Shown: positions 1-9,579, counted from the stretch's first letter. The stretch is 64,000 nucleotides of DNA from an uncultured delta proteobacterium (GCA_963826785.1 CAWGYD010000001.1:320001-384000); one strand, 5' to 3'. Numbers and translations: made by a program. The notes: generated by a model not told the origin, from the letters alone.

Positions 1-100
1 CTGGAAATCCACCATTTTTCCGATGATCTTCAGCAGTAATCGCATTTTTTAATCCAGCTTTCGCATTCAGCGTATTGTCTTTGCTTCACTAACCTCACGT

Positions 101-379
101 TCCGGCCTTAACCGCTGTTCGGCTATTATTTCAAGTCCGGCATCGGCGAGCCACCGTTTTCAGCTTCTATGACAAAAATCTCAAATCCGTTCCTCATCTG
201 CCCGTTCACGGCTTGGCGGGGACGCAAACGGAAGACTGGTCCGCTCAATGATCTTTTTGCCTGCTTTTACAGCTGATTAGCTGTTTATTTCAAGCCAGGT
301 ATCGGCGGGCCGCCGTTTTTCGGCTTCTATGGCAAAAATCTCAAATCCGCTCCCCAGCCCCCCGTTCACGTCCCCGCCA
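101..379. repeat. Tandem degenerate copies of a ~165 bp palindromic element (complete copy 214-379, partial copy ~101-213)
   Basis: 214-379 has perfect 11-bp terminal inverted repeats TGGCGGGGACG...CGTCCCCGCCA. 128-210 is a diverged direct copy of 287-370 (TTTCAAG..ATCGGCG..GCTTCTATG[A/G]CAAAAATCTCAAATCCG..CCCGTTCACG). Confidence 0.7.
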
Positions 380-635
380 GGAGTCGCTTTGCACAAGGTT
401 GCCGTTTCATTTGTTTTCATAATGTATACTTCTGATTGCTGCTCATTTCGACTTGCTGGATTCCGCTTAAAATTGCCGGAATGACAAATTGTGATTGATA
501 TCAACCCTGTTATAAAAGCGATGATGCCCTTGAGGGGTTAAAGGGAGGTGTCCCGAGGGCACCCATTGCTTCCAAAGAACTCAATTTGGCAAACAGATTA
601 AGTGACTTCATTTTTTTGGTTATCCGCAGGTCCAA

Positions 636-795
636 CACCCCCCTTGGTCCCCCCTCGCAGGGGGGGAATAAAAAAAGGAGGCCTTCCTTGTATGGGGAAT
701 TTGATCGTAATTTCAATTCCTAATCCCCCCTTGAGGGGGGCAGGGGGGTGTACCGACGGCGACCGTTGCGATTCAAAAGTTCCTTCCTGTAAAAA
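636..795. repeat. REP-like G/C-run palindromic repeat (CCCCCCTTGAGGGGGG family), copy 1
   Basis: 699-751 matches 32703-32755 at 52/53 nt, and 775-795 is identical to 32773-32793. It contains CCCCCC-TTGA-GGGGGG hairpins. Confidence 0.85.
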
Positions 796-856
796 CACCG
801 CGCAGCGGGGTCGGGAGCTTTTTACTAAGAGCTGCTGGATTGCTGCGATTGACCCA

Positions 857-1047
857 TGACGGGGTGGTGAACAGGGGCATGGCAAGCGAATTTGATATTT
901 TTGCCGAAAAGCCGGGGGAGTTGATTCGCGTTAAGAATTTCTCATTGTCTGAGGGCGGATGCCCGAGTTTGAGAAATTTAGCGGATCAACTGCCCCGGCC
1001 GGCAAAAAGATCACTGAGCGGCCAGGCCCCTGTTCGCCATCCCGTCA
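857..1047. repeat. ~190 bp imperfect palindrome (MITE-like or structured element), inverted homologue of 214-379
   Basis: 857-883 and 1021-1047 are inverted repeats (24/27), and pairing continues inward to a GGGC-GGAT-GCCC apex. The reverse complement of 857-905 matches 331-379 at 39/49 ungapped. Confidence 0.75.
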
Positions 1048-1118
1048 GCCACCATCCCATAACCCATAAGTTAAATGACCTTCGCTAAATATATCGAAAA
1101 AAAGCCCGCTCCATTGGC

Positions 1119-2549
1119 TTACCGACTCCCGGAGTCTTTGGCATATTGCCGGATCATGCCGGTGGCGTACTTCAGGTTGGCCATTGCCACATTGTAATTG
1201 TAAAGCGCTTCGATATAGTTTCCCTGATTCTCGCCATATTTTTCAATGGCCCGGAGCATGTTTTCGGCGCTCCCGATGCCCATGTCGAAATCCGCAAACG
1301 CGGACACCACCCATTTCCTGGAAGCCACGGCCGCATCGTGATATGTTTTTGCGCTTTTCTTCCACTCGATGATTTCCTGGTATGCACTGGCCACCTGGAT
1401 GGGGATATTCATCTCGGCGGTTTTCCTGGAATAGAGAAGTTTGCTGTATTCCGCCCGGGCCTGAGCGATGCGTGCTTTTTTAATGCCGAAATCAAAATCC
1501 CATTTGGCGCCGGCCACGACTCCGGCATAGGCGTGGTTGAACTCGTCATCGATGTAGGCATTGTCCAGGTGGTCACGGCCGGGCGCCCCGGCCAGGGAGC
1601 CTTCCAGGGCCACGAAAAACGACGGGTAGAGTTCGCTGACGGCCGCGGCGGTCTGATATTCACTTGCCTTCAGGGCCGCATCGAGCTGCTTGAATTCCGG
1701 CCGGTTGGAAAGGGCATTGTGAACGAACGTATTGACATCTTCCAGTTCTCCTTTCCTGATTTCAAGCGGTTCTGCGGCGACTTCCAGGGGAGCGCCGGGG
1801 GGGAGGCCCAGCATGGCGCGCAGGGCGAACGTGGCGACTTGGACCCCTTTTTCGGCCTCGGCCTGGGAGCGGATGATGCCGGCGCGGAACGCATCGACCA
1901 TGTACAGGTCGCTCTCGCTCACGCTGGCTGCGCCGGCTTCCATGAGGCGTTTGATGCGCTGGCGGGCATCATCGAAGAACGCTTCCGCATCTTTGGCCGT
2001 TCCGATTCCCGATCGGGCGAGAATGAGCGCATAATACAGCTCGGCCACCTTCAGGGCGATTTCGTCTGCGGCTTTGTCCATCCCCAGCGCCTTGGCGGCA
2101 ACCCCGCTTTGCGCCGCCGCGCGCCCATTGGAGAGTTTACCGAAGGTATACAGGGGCTGGGTGACGGTGAAATCGAGCCGGCCGAAGACGCCGATGCTGG
2201 AGAGGCTCAAGCCCGGGGAAGGATCGTATATCCGGTTATTGACGATGACCGGTTCTTCGGCATCGTTGACCGGGCCGACCACGGCCGTGCTCTCCATCCG
2301 GGGATAGTAGGCCGCAACCACCTGATCCAGGGTACTCTGGGCCGCGGCCAGTTCACTTCTGGCCGCGCCGGCTTCCGGGCTTGCGGCAACGGCCTTTTCG
2401 ATCAGCTGCTCAAGATTCAGGCCGGCGGTTTGCTTTGCGGCTTCGGCTGCGTCCCCGCTTCTTGGCCGGAAAAGAAACATGCTGCCTGCGATAAGTCCGC
2501 ACAGAATGAAAATTCGCACAAAATGCAAATGTCCGCACTGTTTCATCAT
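1119..2549 (-). CDS. TolC-family outer membrane efflux protein
   Basis: 476 aa with a signal peptide and two OEP repeats (A..YYP, TQPLYTFGK, AL.NRPE, ELYP, C-terminal YNYNVAMANLKYATG). Confidence 0.9.
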   Translation of the reverse strand: MMKQCGHLHFVRIFILCGLIAGSMFLFRPRSGDAAEAAKQTAGLNLEQLIEKAVAASPEAGAARSELAAAQSTLDQVVAAYYPRMESTAVVGPVNDAEEPVIVNNRIYDPSPGLSLSSIGVFGRLDFTVTQPLYTFGKLSNGRAAAQSGVAAKALGMDKAADEIALKVAELYYALILARSGIGTAKDAEAFFDDARQRIKRLMEAGAASVSESDLYMVDAFRAGIIRSQAEAEKGVQVATFALRAMLGLPPGAPLEVAAEPLEIRKGELEDVNTFVHNALSNRPEFKQLDAALKASEYQTAAAVSELYPSFFVALEGSLAGAPGRDHLDNAYIDDEFNHAYAGVVAGAKWDFDFGIKKARIAQARAEYSKLLYSRKTAEMNIPIQVASAYQEIIEWKKSAKTYHDAAVASRKWVVSAFADFDMGIGSAENMLRAIEKYGENQGNYIEALYNYNVAMANLKYATGMIRQYAKDSGSR

Positions 2550-2584
2550 GGCACTGAATCTCCTTCTCCTGCCGGAGCAAGCGG

Positions 2585-3568
2585 TTAGAATTGCGTCTGC
2601 CTGTTCCTTTCAACCAGCAGCGTGGCATATAAAAACAGGCCGGCACCCGCCCAGAAAACCTGCGCCAGCCGCAAGACGACGCCATATGCCAGGCCCAGCG
2701 ATGCGGAATATCCGAGGGCCTTGAAGGCGACGACCCGGATCCCCTCCAGGGCGCCGATATCGGTTGGAATGGCAAAAATGACCAGATCCATCCAGCTGCC
2801 CAGCAGCCAGATGCCCGCGGCCGAATAAAAGGAGGACTCACGGGCGAGGAGCGTCAGAAAGAGCCAGCACTGGAGAATTCCACAGGTCATGGCCGCCATG
2901 TGGAACAGGATGGCCGCGGGCAGTCCGCCCGGATGGTCCCTGTAAAAACTTTTAAGGGCCAGATCCACCCGGTTCATTTGCAGGGATGCCTTTTGAATGA
3001 TGCTTCCGCCGATCCGGCGTCTGACCATCCAGCGGATGACCATCCCCAGCCTGCCGGTTTTCTGGATCACCAGAAAAGCGATGATCCCCAATCCGATGAG
3101 GATGCTGACCGCAAACATCAGGGACCACACCCCGAAGGGAAGGGCGACATTCCACAGGATGGTGAGCGAACCGATAATGACCAGGATCAGCTGCGCCATG
3201 GCATAGGCCAGCCGCCCGACGATGACGGCGGTGGCGGCTTCCGGGCCCTTATGGGCGCCGGCAAGGAGCGTGGCCTTGGTGACCTCCCCACCCAGGGCGG
3301 CAGTGGGTGTCAGATAGCTGATGGCATTGCCGGCAAGGAAAATCCGGTAGATCTGAAAATAGGGCAGATCCCGGTAAGGGTCCGACAGGCAGTATCGCCA
3401 TCCCATGGCGAACAGGGCGCCGGACGCCCCTTCCAGCAGGAAGAAAGGGATGAGCCCCCAGCCCAGCATGGAAAGATCGCTGTAGAGTTTTCCAAACCCG
3501 ATGGACCAGATCAGCAGGACCAGGAGGAGGGCGCCCAGCAGCATGCTGACCTGGTGAAATCTTTTCAT
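2585..3568 (-). CDS. Lysylphosphatidylglycerol synthase TM-region (flippase-like) membrane protein, paralog 1
   Basis: Multi-TM protein with GNAISYLTPTAALGGEVTK, IPTDIGALEG and LRL motifs. The ATG at 3568 overlaps the upstream stop (ATGA). Confidence 0.85.
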   Translation of the reverse strand: MKRFHQVSMLLGALLLVLLIWSIGFGKLYSDLSMLGWGLIPFFLLEGASGALFAMGWRYCLSDPYRDLPYFQIYRIFLAGNAISYLTPTAALGGEVTKATLLAGAHKGPEAATAVIVGRLAYAMAQLILVIIGSLTILWNVALPFGVWSLMFAVSILIGLGIIAFLVIQKTGRLGMVIRWMVRRRIGGSIIQKASLQMNRVDLALKSFYRDHPGGLPAAILFHMAAMTCGILQCWLFLTLLARESSFYSAAGIWLLGSWMDLVIFAIPTDIGALEGIRVVAFKALGYSASLGLAYGVVLRLAQVFWAGAGLFLYATLLVERNRQTQF

Positions 3569-4675
3569 CGGCTTTTTCCGGACTGAAAAAGCGCTCCTGT
3601 GTGCCGGCCCGTTTCGACCGGGGCGCCCCCCAGGCGATGCGACCGGTATGCAAGCTCCGTAAGATGCGTGCACCATCCGGCCTCGGTGAAATTGACGCCC
3701 CTTTTACGGGGATTTCTGACCTCCTGGTAGAAATTTTCCGCCACCGCTTTCATCCAGGCCGGGTGGTGGGACCCGGCCGAAAGGGGCGCGGGGAAATCAT
3801 ACCGGACGATAGGAGTTGCGGCCCGGGTTTCAAGGAGCAGATGGTTGTCATTGATCCGGAGGAGACCCGCATCCCCGAAGATGACGCCTTCGTTTCGCCT
3901 GCAGTCGGCGCGCCGGGTGAGGTGAAGCCGGGCCTCGGCGGTGGCAAATTGCAGGTAAAGATCGACGGTTTCTTCAATGCCGGAATCGTCTTCTACCGCA
4001 AAAGGCCATTTGCGCGCTGACAGCCGACGGAAAGTCGTCCAGGAGGGCCATGATGAGATAAATGCCGTGCCAGCCGTGGTCGAGAAGGATGCCGCCGCCG
4101 GCAGTGGCGGCGCATTGCCGCCAGTCCGAGATGCCGCCGCCCGGACCGGGCGTCCGGAAAACCGATAGCGAAACAGACTCGATATTGCCGATTTTTCCGG
4201 CCTTCACGATTTCAGCGGCTTTGATCCACAGCGGGGCATATTTCCAGTTGTTGACCACGAACAGGACCCGGTCTGCGGCATCGGCTTCCGCCCGAAGCCG
4301 GGTCAATCCCTGCCGGGAGGGGAGCAGGGGCTTTTCACAGAAAACATGGATGCCGGCCCCGCATGCCTTGCGCATCAAATCCTCGTGGAAACAGGGCGGG
4401 GCGCAGATATCCACGAAGTCCGGGCGGTCTAAAGCCATCAGGCTTTCCAGGTCGGAATGGATGACCGCTTCCGGGAGCAGGCGTTTGGCCAGCCCGACGC
4501 GTTCGGCAAGGGGCTCCACCACCGCATCGATTCGAAAACGCGGGTCTTGCAGCCAGACCGGAAGGTGGGCCTTAAGCGCCACGCCCCCGAAACCGACGAT
4601 GGCCCCGCGCAGCGGTTTGATCGAATGGGGTTTTTCAGATGGCATTTTCGAATTTTTTCTCTGTTGAGAATTCAT
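3565..4675 (-). CDS. Gfo/Idh/MocA family NAD(P)-dependent oxidoreductase (apparent +1 frameshift near 4000)
   Basis: Motifs GFGGVALKAH, HVFCEKPL and GGGILLDHGWH. Removing one T from the T run at ~4000-4003 continues the frame (AVEDDSGIEETV...GSHHPAWMKAVAENF) to the stop at 3565. Confidence 0.85.
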
Positions 4676-6019
4676 TTATGCCTTGTATGGCATCGTTCTG
4701 GCCGTAAAATCAAATACGTCATCCAGGATCTGCAGCCCTTCCTCCGCCTCCGCAAGCGTCAGGGTCAGGGGCGGATTGATCCGGAATCCGGCCTTGTAGT
4801 TCATGCAGACCATGCCCCGGGCGAGGGTTTCCAGAAAAATCTGCCGGGTGATGTCCCTGTCCAGCGGTTCCCGGGTTTTCCGGTCTTTTACCATCTCCAC
4901 CCCGATCAGGAGGCCGCGGCCGCGGACGTCTCCGATAAACTCGTATTTTTCCCGCATCCGGATAAGGCCTTGAAGCAGGTGGGCGCCGATGACCCGGGAA
5001 TTTTCCACCAGGGCGTCATTGACGATGGTCTGGATGGTTGAAAGGGCCGCCGCGCTGGCCAGGGGGTTTCCCCCGTAGCTGCTGGAAGATGAACTCGGCT
5101 TTGCAAAGGGAAGGCTCGACGTGATCTCTTGGGTGGAAATCAGGGCGCTGATGGGAAATCCGTTCCCCATTCCTTTTCCGACGGTCATGATATCCGGGCA
5201 GACGCCCGTGTGCTCGCATCCGAACATTTTCCCGGTGCGGCCGAACCCGGTGATCATTTCATCGGCAATCAAAAGCGCGCCGTGCTCGCGGGCGATCTGG
5301 GCCAGTCCGGGAAGAAATTCCGGGGGCGGGATGATGTTTCCGGCGGTTCCCTGGATGGGCTCCACGAGGATGGCCCCCAGGCTTCCGGCGGTGCTGTTCT
5401 TGATGACCTCCCGGACAAAGTCGAGGCAGTAGAGTCCGCACCCGGGGTATTGCATCTTGAATACGCATCGGTAGCAGTCCGCATAGGGGGCCAGGTGAAG
5501 ACCCGGATGCAAAACGCCCCAGTCTTTTTTAAACGGATCGCCGATGAGCCCCAGGACCCCGCCTGTTTTTCCATGGAATCCCCCCCAGAAACTCAGAACT
5601 TCGAATTTTTTCCGGGCGGATTTGGCCAGCCGGAGGGCGGCCTCCACCGCCTCTGCGCCGCCGCTGTAAAGCTGTATCCGGTTGAGGTCCGGCGGGGTCA
5701 GGGATGCGATCAGGCAGAGCAGGTCGGTCCGGCTTTCTGAGGTGAAGCTGCCCACGGTGATTTTGTCCAGCTGGTCTTTTAGCGCGGCGATATAGGCCGG
5801 ATGGGAGTGCCCCAGGCTGCACACCCCCACCCCGGCCATGAAATCAAGATAGGTGCGCCCCTCCATATCCTCCAGGTGACGGCCATCGCCCCTGCGGATC
5901 ACCAGCCGGGAAAGCTGGGCGACTTCCTGCAGCCCGGGGGAGATGAGGGCCTGTTCCTTTTGAAACAGGTATTCGGATGACTGGGGGGGAAACAGTTCCG
6001 GAAAATTATGAAATTTCAT
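4676..6019 (-). CDS. Class III PLP-dependent aminotransferase
   Basis: Motifs YLDFMAG, SGGAEAVEAA, FHGKT, EPIQGTAG, LLIADEMITGFGRTG, DIMTVGKGMGNG and YGGNPL. Likely start ATG at 6019. Confidence 0.93.
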   Translation of the reverse strand: MKFHNFPELFPPQSSEYLFQKEQALISPGLQEVAQLSRLVIRRGDGRHLEDMEGRTYLDFMAGVGVCSLGHSHPAYIAALKDQLDKITVGSFTSESRTDLLCLIASLTPPDLNRIQLYSGGAEAVEAALRLAKSARKKFEVLSFWGGFHGKTGGVLGLIGDPFKKDWGVLHPGLHLAPYADCYRCVFKMQYPGCGLYCLDFVREVIKNSTAGSLGAILVEPIQGTAGNIIPPPEFLPGLAQIAREHGALLIADEMITGFGRTGKMFGCEHTGVCPDIMTVGKGMGNGFPISALISTQEITSSLPFAKPSSSSSSYGGNPLASAAALSTIQTIVNDALVENSRVIGAHLLQGLIRMREKYEFIGDVRGRGLLIGVEMVKDRKTREPLDRDITRQIFLETLARGMVCMNYKAGFRINPPLTLTLAEAEEGLQILDDVFDFTARTMPYKA

Positions 6020-6839
6020 TGCAAACGCCTTTGCGTGCATTGTTGCGCTCAAGTTGATGGACAATCGCCCATGCGGCGGATTCCCGGCACAGGGAGAATG
6101 TCGGCCAGGCATTCAAGTCGATGAGCATCCAGGTCCCATCCGCGGCGAGAATGGCATCACCGCCATAGATATCGAGCCCCACGGCCCCGGCGGCGCTTCT
6201 GGCCGTTTCGGCCAGCTGCCCGGCCAGGGAGGTGATATCGGTTCCGGAGCCGGGCAGAAACGCCCTGAAGAAGCCGCCGGGGGCCACGCCCACGCCGTAA
6301 AATTTGGCGCAGGGGCCGTCCACGTGGGCCTGGACGAGCACATGATCGATTCCCTGCCTGCGGAAATGATCGATCGCGCAGGAGAATTCCGAACAGGAAT
6401 CGATTCTCGACACGTCACCGGGGCCTAAAGCGTGCTGATCCCCCCGCTTTATCCAGTAGCCGTATGGCTGCCTGAAAAATCCGGAAGCCTGCATGGTGCG
6501 GATGGATTCGATGCGCCCGGCCGGCATGGGGATTTCGGACCGGGAAAAGATTTCAAACAGGGACTTGCGGCAGCAGTTGCGGACGGCGGCGGGCGAGTTG
6601 AATACCGGTATGCCGGACCCGGCGGCCTGTTCGAGGACCCCGAGGCAATGCTCGGACTGGGCCATGTTCAGAATCAGATCGGCCGTTTTGATTTGGCTGC
6701 TCATCATCTCCGCGGACAGTGCAGCCGTTTTATAACCGCGGATGGAGAGGGTATATAGAACGGCATCGAGAATGGCCGCATCCTCGCGGACTTTTCCAGG
6801 AGAAAAGATCGGTTCCCTGTAGATGCCGATGATTTTCAT
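6006..6839 (-). CDS. ATP-grasp fold protein, ITPK1 (inositol phosphate kinase)-like / RimK-like
   Basis: Motifs FNSPAAVRNC, WIKRGD, LVQAHVDG..KFYGV and GLDIYGGDAI...LIDLNAWPTF. Overlaps both neighbours. Confidence 0.75.
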   Translation of the reverse strand: MKIIGIYREPIFSPGKVREDAAILDAVLYTLSIRGYKTAALSAEMMSSQIKTADLILNMAQSEHCLGVLEQAAGSGIPVFNSPAAVRNCCRKSLFEIFSRSEIPMPAGRIESIRTMQASGFFRQPYGYWIKRGDQHALGPGDVSRIDSCSEFSCAIDHFRRQGIDHVLVQAHVDGPCAKFYGVGVAPGGFFRAFLPGSGTDITSLAGQLAETARSAAGAVGLDIYGGDAILAADGTWMLIDLNAWPTFSLCRESAAWAIVHQLERNNARKGVCNEIS

Positions 6840-7549
6840 GACCGTTCACCGATTTGACGCAGATAGCGCTCCGCCCTGGCGATATCTTGCGGGTGATCCA
6901 CATCGATGGTCGTGGAAACCGGAAGACCATACAGGGGGTGGCCGCATTCGGGCAAAAGGGCCAGGAAATGGCGAAGCGCACTCAGCTCCCGGGTGCGGGA
7001 TGGGGGCACTGCGGAGAAGATTTTTGGCGAAAAGTAGTAAAATCCGGCGGTGGCATAAGGTGTTTTGCCGGCGGCCGCATCCCCCATGGCAATGATCCGG
7101 CCCCGGGGGTCGATTTCCGCCCATAAGGGTTTGTCGTCATCCGTGCAGGTGGTAAGGGCCAGCATGCCTCCGGCGCCATTCATCCGCCTGCCGGCCGCCA
7201 TCAGATTTTCCAGCGCATGGAAGGGAAATACGGCATCCACGGTCATCATCACGAAGGGGCCGCCCGACAGAAAGGGGGCCAGGGCAAGCAGGCTCTCCAT
7301 GGAGTTTTTAGTGGTCTTGACCAGCAGTTCCAGGGGAAGGGGCCATGAGCGGTTGCGGAGATATTCTGAAACCGCGGGGTGGATGTCATTTACGATGCAG
7401 GCAACGGATTCGGCGCCCAGGCGGCCGGCCGCCCGGATCAGGCGGGCGATCATCGGCTCGCCGCACAGGGGGACCAGGGGTTTGGGGATGCGGACGCCGC
7501 CCCTTGAAAGCCTTTCTCCGATTCCGGCGGCGATGATCCCCACTTTCAT
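6836..7549 (-). CDS. NTP transferase (nucleotidyltransferase; candidate inositol-phosphate cytidylyltransferase)
   Basis: IIAAGIGERL...PKPL and C-terminal IDVDHPQD. ATGA overlaps at both ends. Confidence 0.88.
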   Translation of the reverse strand: MKVGIIAAGIGERLSRGGVRIPKPLVPLCGEPMIARLIRAAGRLGAESVACIVNDIHPAVSEYLRNRSWPLPLELLVKTTKNSMESLLALAPFLSGGPFVMMTVDAVFPFHALENLMAAGRRMNGAGGMLALTTCTDDDKPLWAEIDPRGRIIAMGDAAAGKTPYATAGFYYFSPKIFSAVPPSRTRELSALRHFLALLPECGHPLYGLPVSTTIDVDHPQDIARAERYLRQIGERS

Positions 7550-8244
7550 GCCAGCACCGCCGCCAGGTCCGCCAGGCTTGAAATGCGTGCATCCGTTTGC
7601 GCGGCCAAAAGCGGTGTCCGCGGATTCGGTCCGGGAAGCCATACGGTTTTCATGCCCAGTTCCCGGGCCGGAACCATGTCCCTGTTATAGGAGTCGCCCA
7701 CGAACACTACCTTGGATGCGGGCAGCCGCAAGGCATGCAGTGCGATCTGGAAAATGCGGTGATCCGGCTTCTCCACCCCCGCGGGGACCGAATCAACGAT
7801 GACCTCAAGGGAATCCGACAACCCCGCCTCATGGCACACCACGGCCGCATTGCCGTAAAAATTGGATACCACCCCCAGCCGGCAGCACTTCTTCAACTCG
7901 TTTAGGAAAGTGGCGTTTCGCCGCAGAAACCGCTCCGATTTTGAGCAGAAGGAACGGGCCATGGCGGTTTCAGCCCCGGCTGTATCCAGGCCCAGAATCG
8001 AAAACTGCGCCCGGATGTGATAATCCACCAGGGGGCGCAGGCCCGAGCGGAGAAGGGCGGGATTTTTCTTGCAGCTGCTGCCCGCTTCATAGAAAGCGTC
8101 TTTGATCCGGGCATGCGGCAGCATCAGGCCGGCTTCTTCGTAAAGGGCGTAGAAGCGGTCGAGCCAGTGCTCCCCATCGGAATCCAGGGTGCCTCCGAAA
8201 TCAAAGAGGACGCCCTTCACCTCATGAAACTTCCCGCTGAGCAT
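7546..8244 (-). CDS. HAD-superfamily hydrolase (phosphatase)
   Basis: Motif I LFDFGGTLD, motif II VVSN, EKPD and FVGDSYNRD. Confidence 0.9.
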   Translation of the reverse strand: MLSGKFHEVKGVLFDFGGTLDSDGEHWLDRFYALYEEAGLMLPHARIKDAFYEAGSSCKKNPALLRSGLRPLVDYHIRAQFSILGLDTAGAETAMARSFCSKSERFLRRNATFLNELKKCCRLGVVSNFYGNAAVVCHEAGLSDSLEVIVDSVPAGVEKPDHRIFQIALHALRLPASKVVFVGDSYNRDMVPARELGMKTVWLPGPNPRTPLLAAQTDARISSLADLAAVLA

Positions 8245-9418
8245 GCTTTTCCTCTTGCGCCGCTGCATGGACGGGCCGTTGCGCCAACTTCCGGGGCGGA
8301 ATCACTTCTTTTACCCCCCTGTCCCTTTTGCCCAGGATGAAGGCCTCGGTCATGCGATAGGCCTCGTCATCGGTGTACTGGCGGGGGGGGTGCTTCATCA
8401 GGTAAGCCGAAGGCGCGTACAGGACGCCGCCTTCCCCCCGGTCCAGGGCCAGCTTGCAGAAACGGACCGCATCGATCACCGTTCCTGCCGAATTGGGAGA
8501 ATCCTCCACCGACAGGCGCAGTTCCAAATTCATGGGCACGTTGCCGAAAAGCGCCCCTTCCATGCGGATGAAGCAGACTTTGTTGTCCTTTTGCCAGGGC
8601 ACATAGTCGCTCGGGCCGATATGGATGTTTTCGGCTTCCAGGCGGTGCGCTGCCACCGATTGAACGGCTTCGGTCTTTGATTCCTTCTTGCTCATGAGCC
8701 GCAGACGGTTGAGCATGTTTAAAAAATCCGTATTGCCGCCCGTGTTGAGCTGGTAGGTCCGCTCCAGTTTCACCCCGCGCTTCCGGAACAGATCGGTCAG
8801 CGTGCGGTGAATGATTGTCGCTCCCATCTGGGATTTGATGTCATCGCCGATCAGCGGGATATTTTGTTCCTCAAAGCGTTTTGCCCAGGCCGGGTCACTG
8901 GCGATAAACACCGGAATATTGTTCACAAAGGCGGTGCCGGCGGCCAGGGCGCATTCCGCGTAGAAACGGGTCGCGTTTTCGGATCCCACAGGCAGATAAT
9001 TGAGCAGGATTTCAGCCCCTGATCGGACGAGGACATCGACAACTTCATCTTGATCCGGTTCGGGCAGGGCGGCCGGCAGAAAGGTGCGGTTTGCGCCATA
9101 ATCATGCATGTGCTCGGAGCAGCCGTCCAGGATACGGCCCATGCGGACCCATGTTCCGTTTGAATCGATATCGCGGCAGAAGACTTTGGTGCAGTTGGGT
9201 TCCGCAAAGACTGCTTCTGCGAGCGGCTTTCCAACCTTTCGCCGGTCGATGTCAAAGGCCGCCACCACCTCCACGGCATAGGGTTTGAATCCGCCGATGT
9301 CCCAGTGCATCAGGCCGACGGCATCCTCCGCCCGGCTGCTGCGGCAGTAATTGATCCCCTGGATCAGGGAACTGGCGCAATTTCCGATACCAACGATAGC
9401 GATTTTAATATTTTTCAT
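8222..9418 (-). CDS. ino1: Myo-inositol-1-phosphate (inositol-3-phosphate) synthase
   Basis: Motifs IVGIGNCASSL, NYLPVGSE, IGDDIKSQMGAT, YQLNTGGNTDFLNM, SKKESKT, GPSDYVPW and EDSPNSAG. Confidence 0.97.
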   Translation of the reverse strand: MKNIKIAIVGIGNCASSLIQGINYCRSSRAEDAVGLMHWDIGGFKPYAVEVVAAFDIDRRKVGKPLAEAVFAEPNCTKVFCRDIDSNGTWVRMGRILDGCSEHMHDYGANRTFLPAALPEPDQDEVVDVLVRSGAEILLNYLPVGSENATRFYAECALAAGTAFVNNIPVFIASDPAWAKRFEEQNIPLIGDDIKSQMGATIIHRTLTDLFRKRGVKLERTYQLNTGGNTDFLNMLNRLRLMSKKESKTEAVQSVAAHRLEAENIHIGPSDYVPWQKDNKVCFIRMEGALFGNVPMNLELRLSVEDSPNSAGTVIDAVRFCKLALDRGEGGVLYAPSAYLMKHPPRQYTDDEAYRMTEAFILGKRDRGVKEVIPPRKLAQRPVHAAAQEEKHAQREVS

Positions 9419-9579
9419 GCCTTTACCTTTTCCTTTGTCTCATTTACCAGTAGCTGACAACTTTAGAAAAAATAACCGCGTCCGGCAGAAACATAAATAA
9501 AGAGAACACTTTATTTTTGCAGTAATCAGACTTGATGTGTGAATGTACCGGTCTGCACCTTCAATGCCGGGGGGCCGGA

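Noticed and set aside
277..504. Short ORF and its similar neighbours (VNGGLGSGFEIFAIE / VNRGMASEFDIFAEK) as repeated RiPP precursor peptides
   Set aside because: The similarity comes from the nucleotide-level palindromic repeat, which occurs in both orientations and without a conserved frame, start or stop.
1146..2588. Long antisense ORFs (1146-2588, 34714-35796, 61819-63507 and similar)
   Set aside because: These are shadow frames of well-supported genes in GC-rich DNA and have no motifs.
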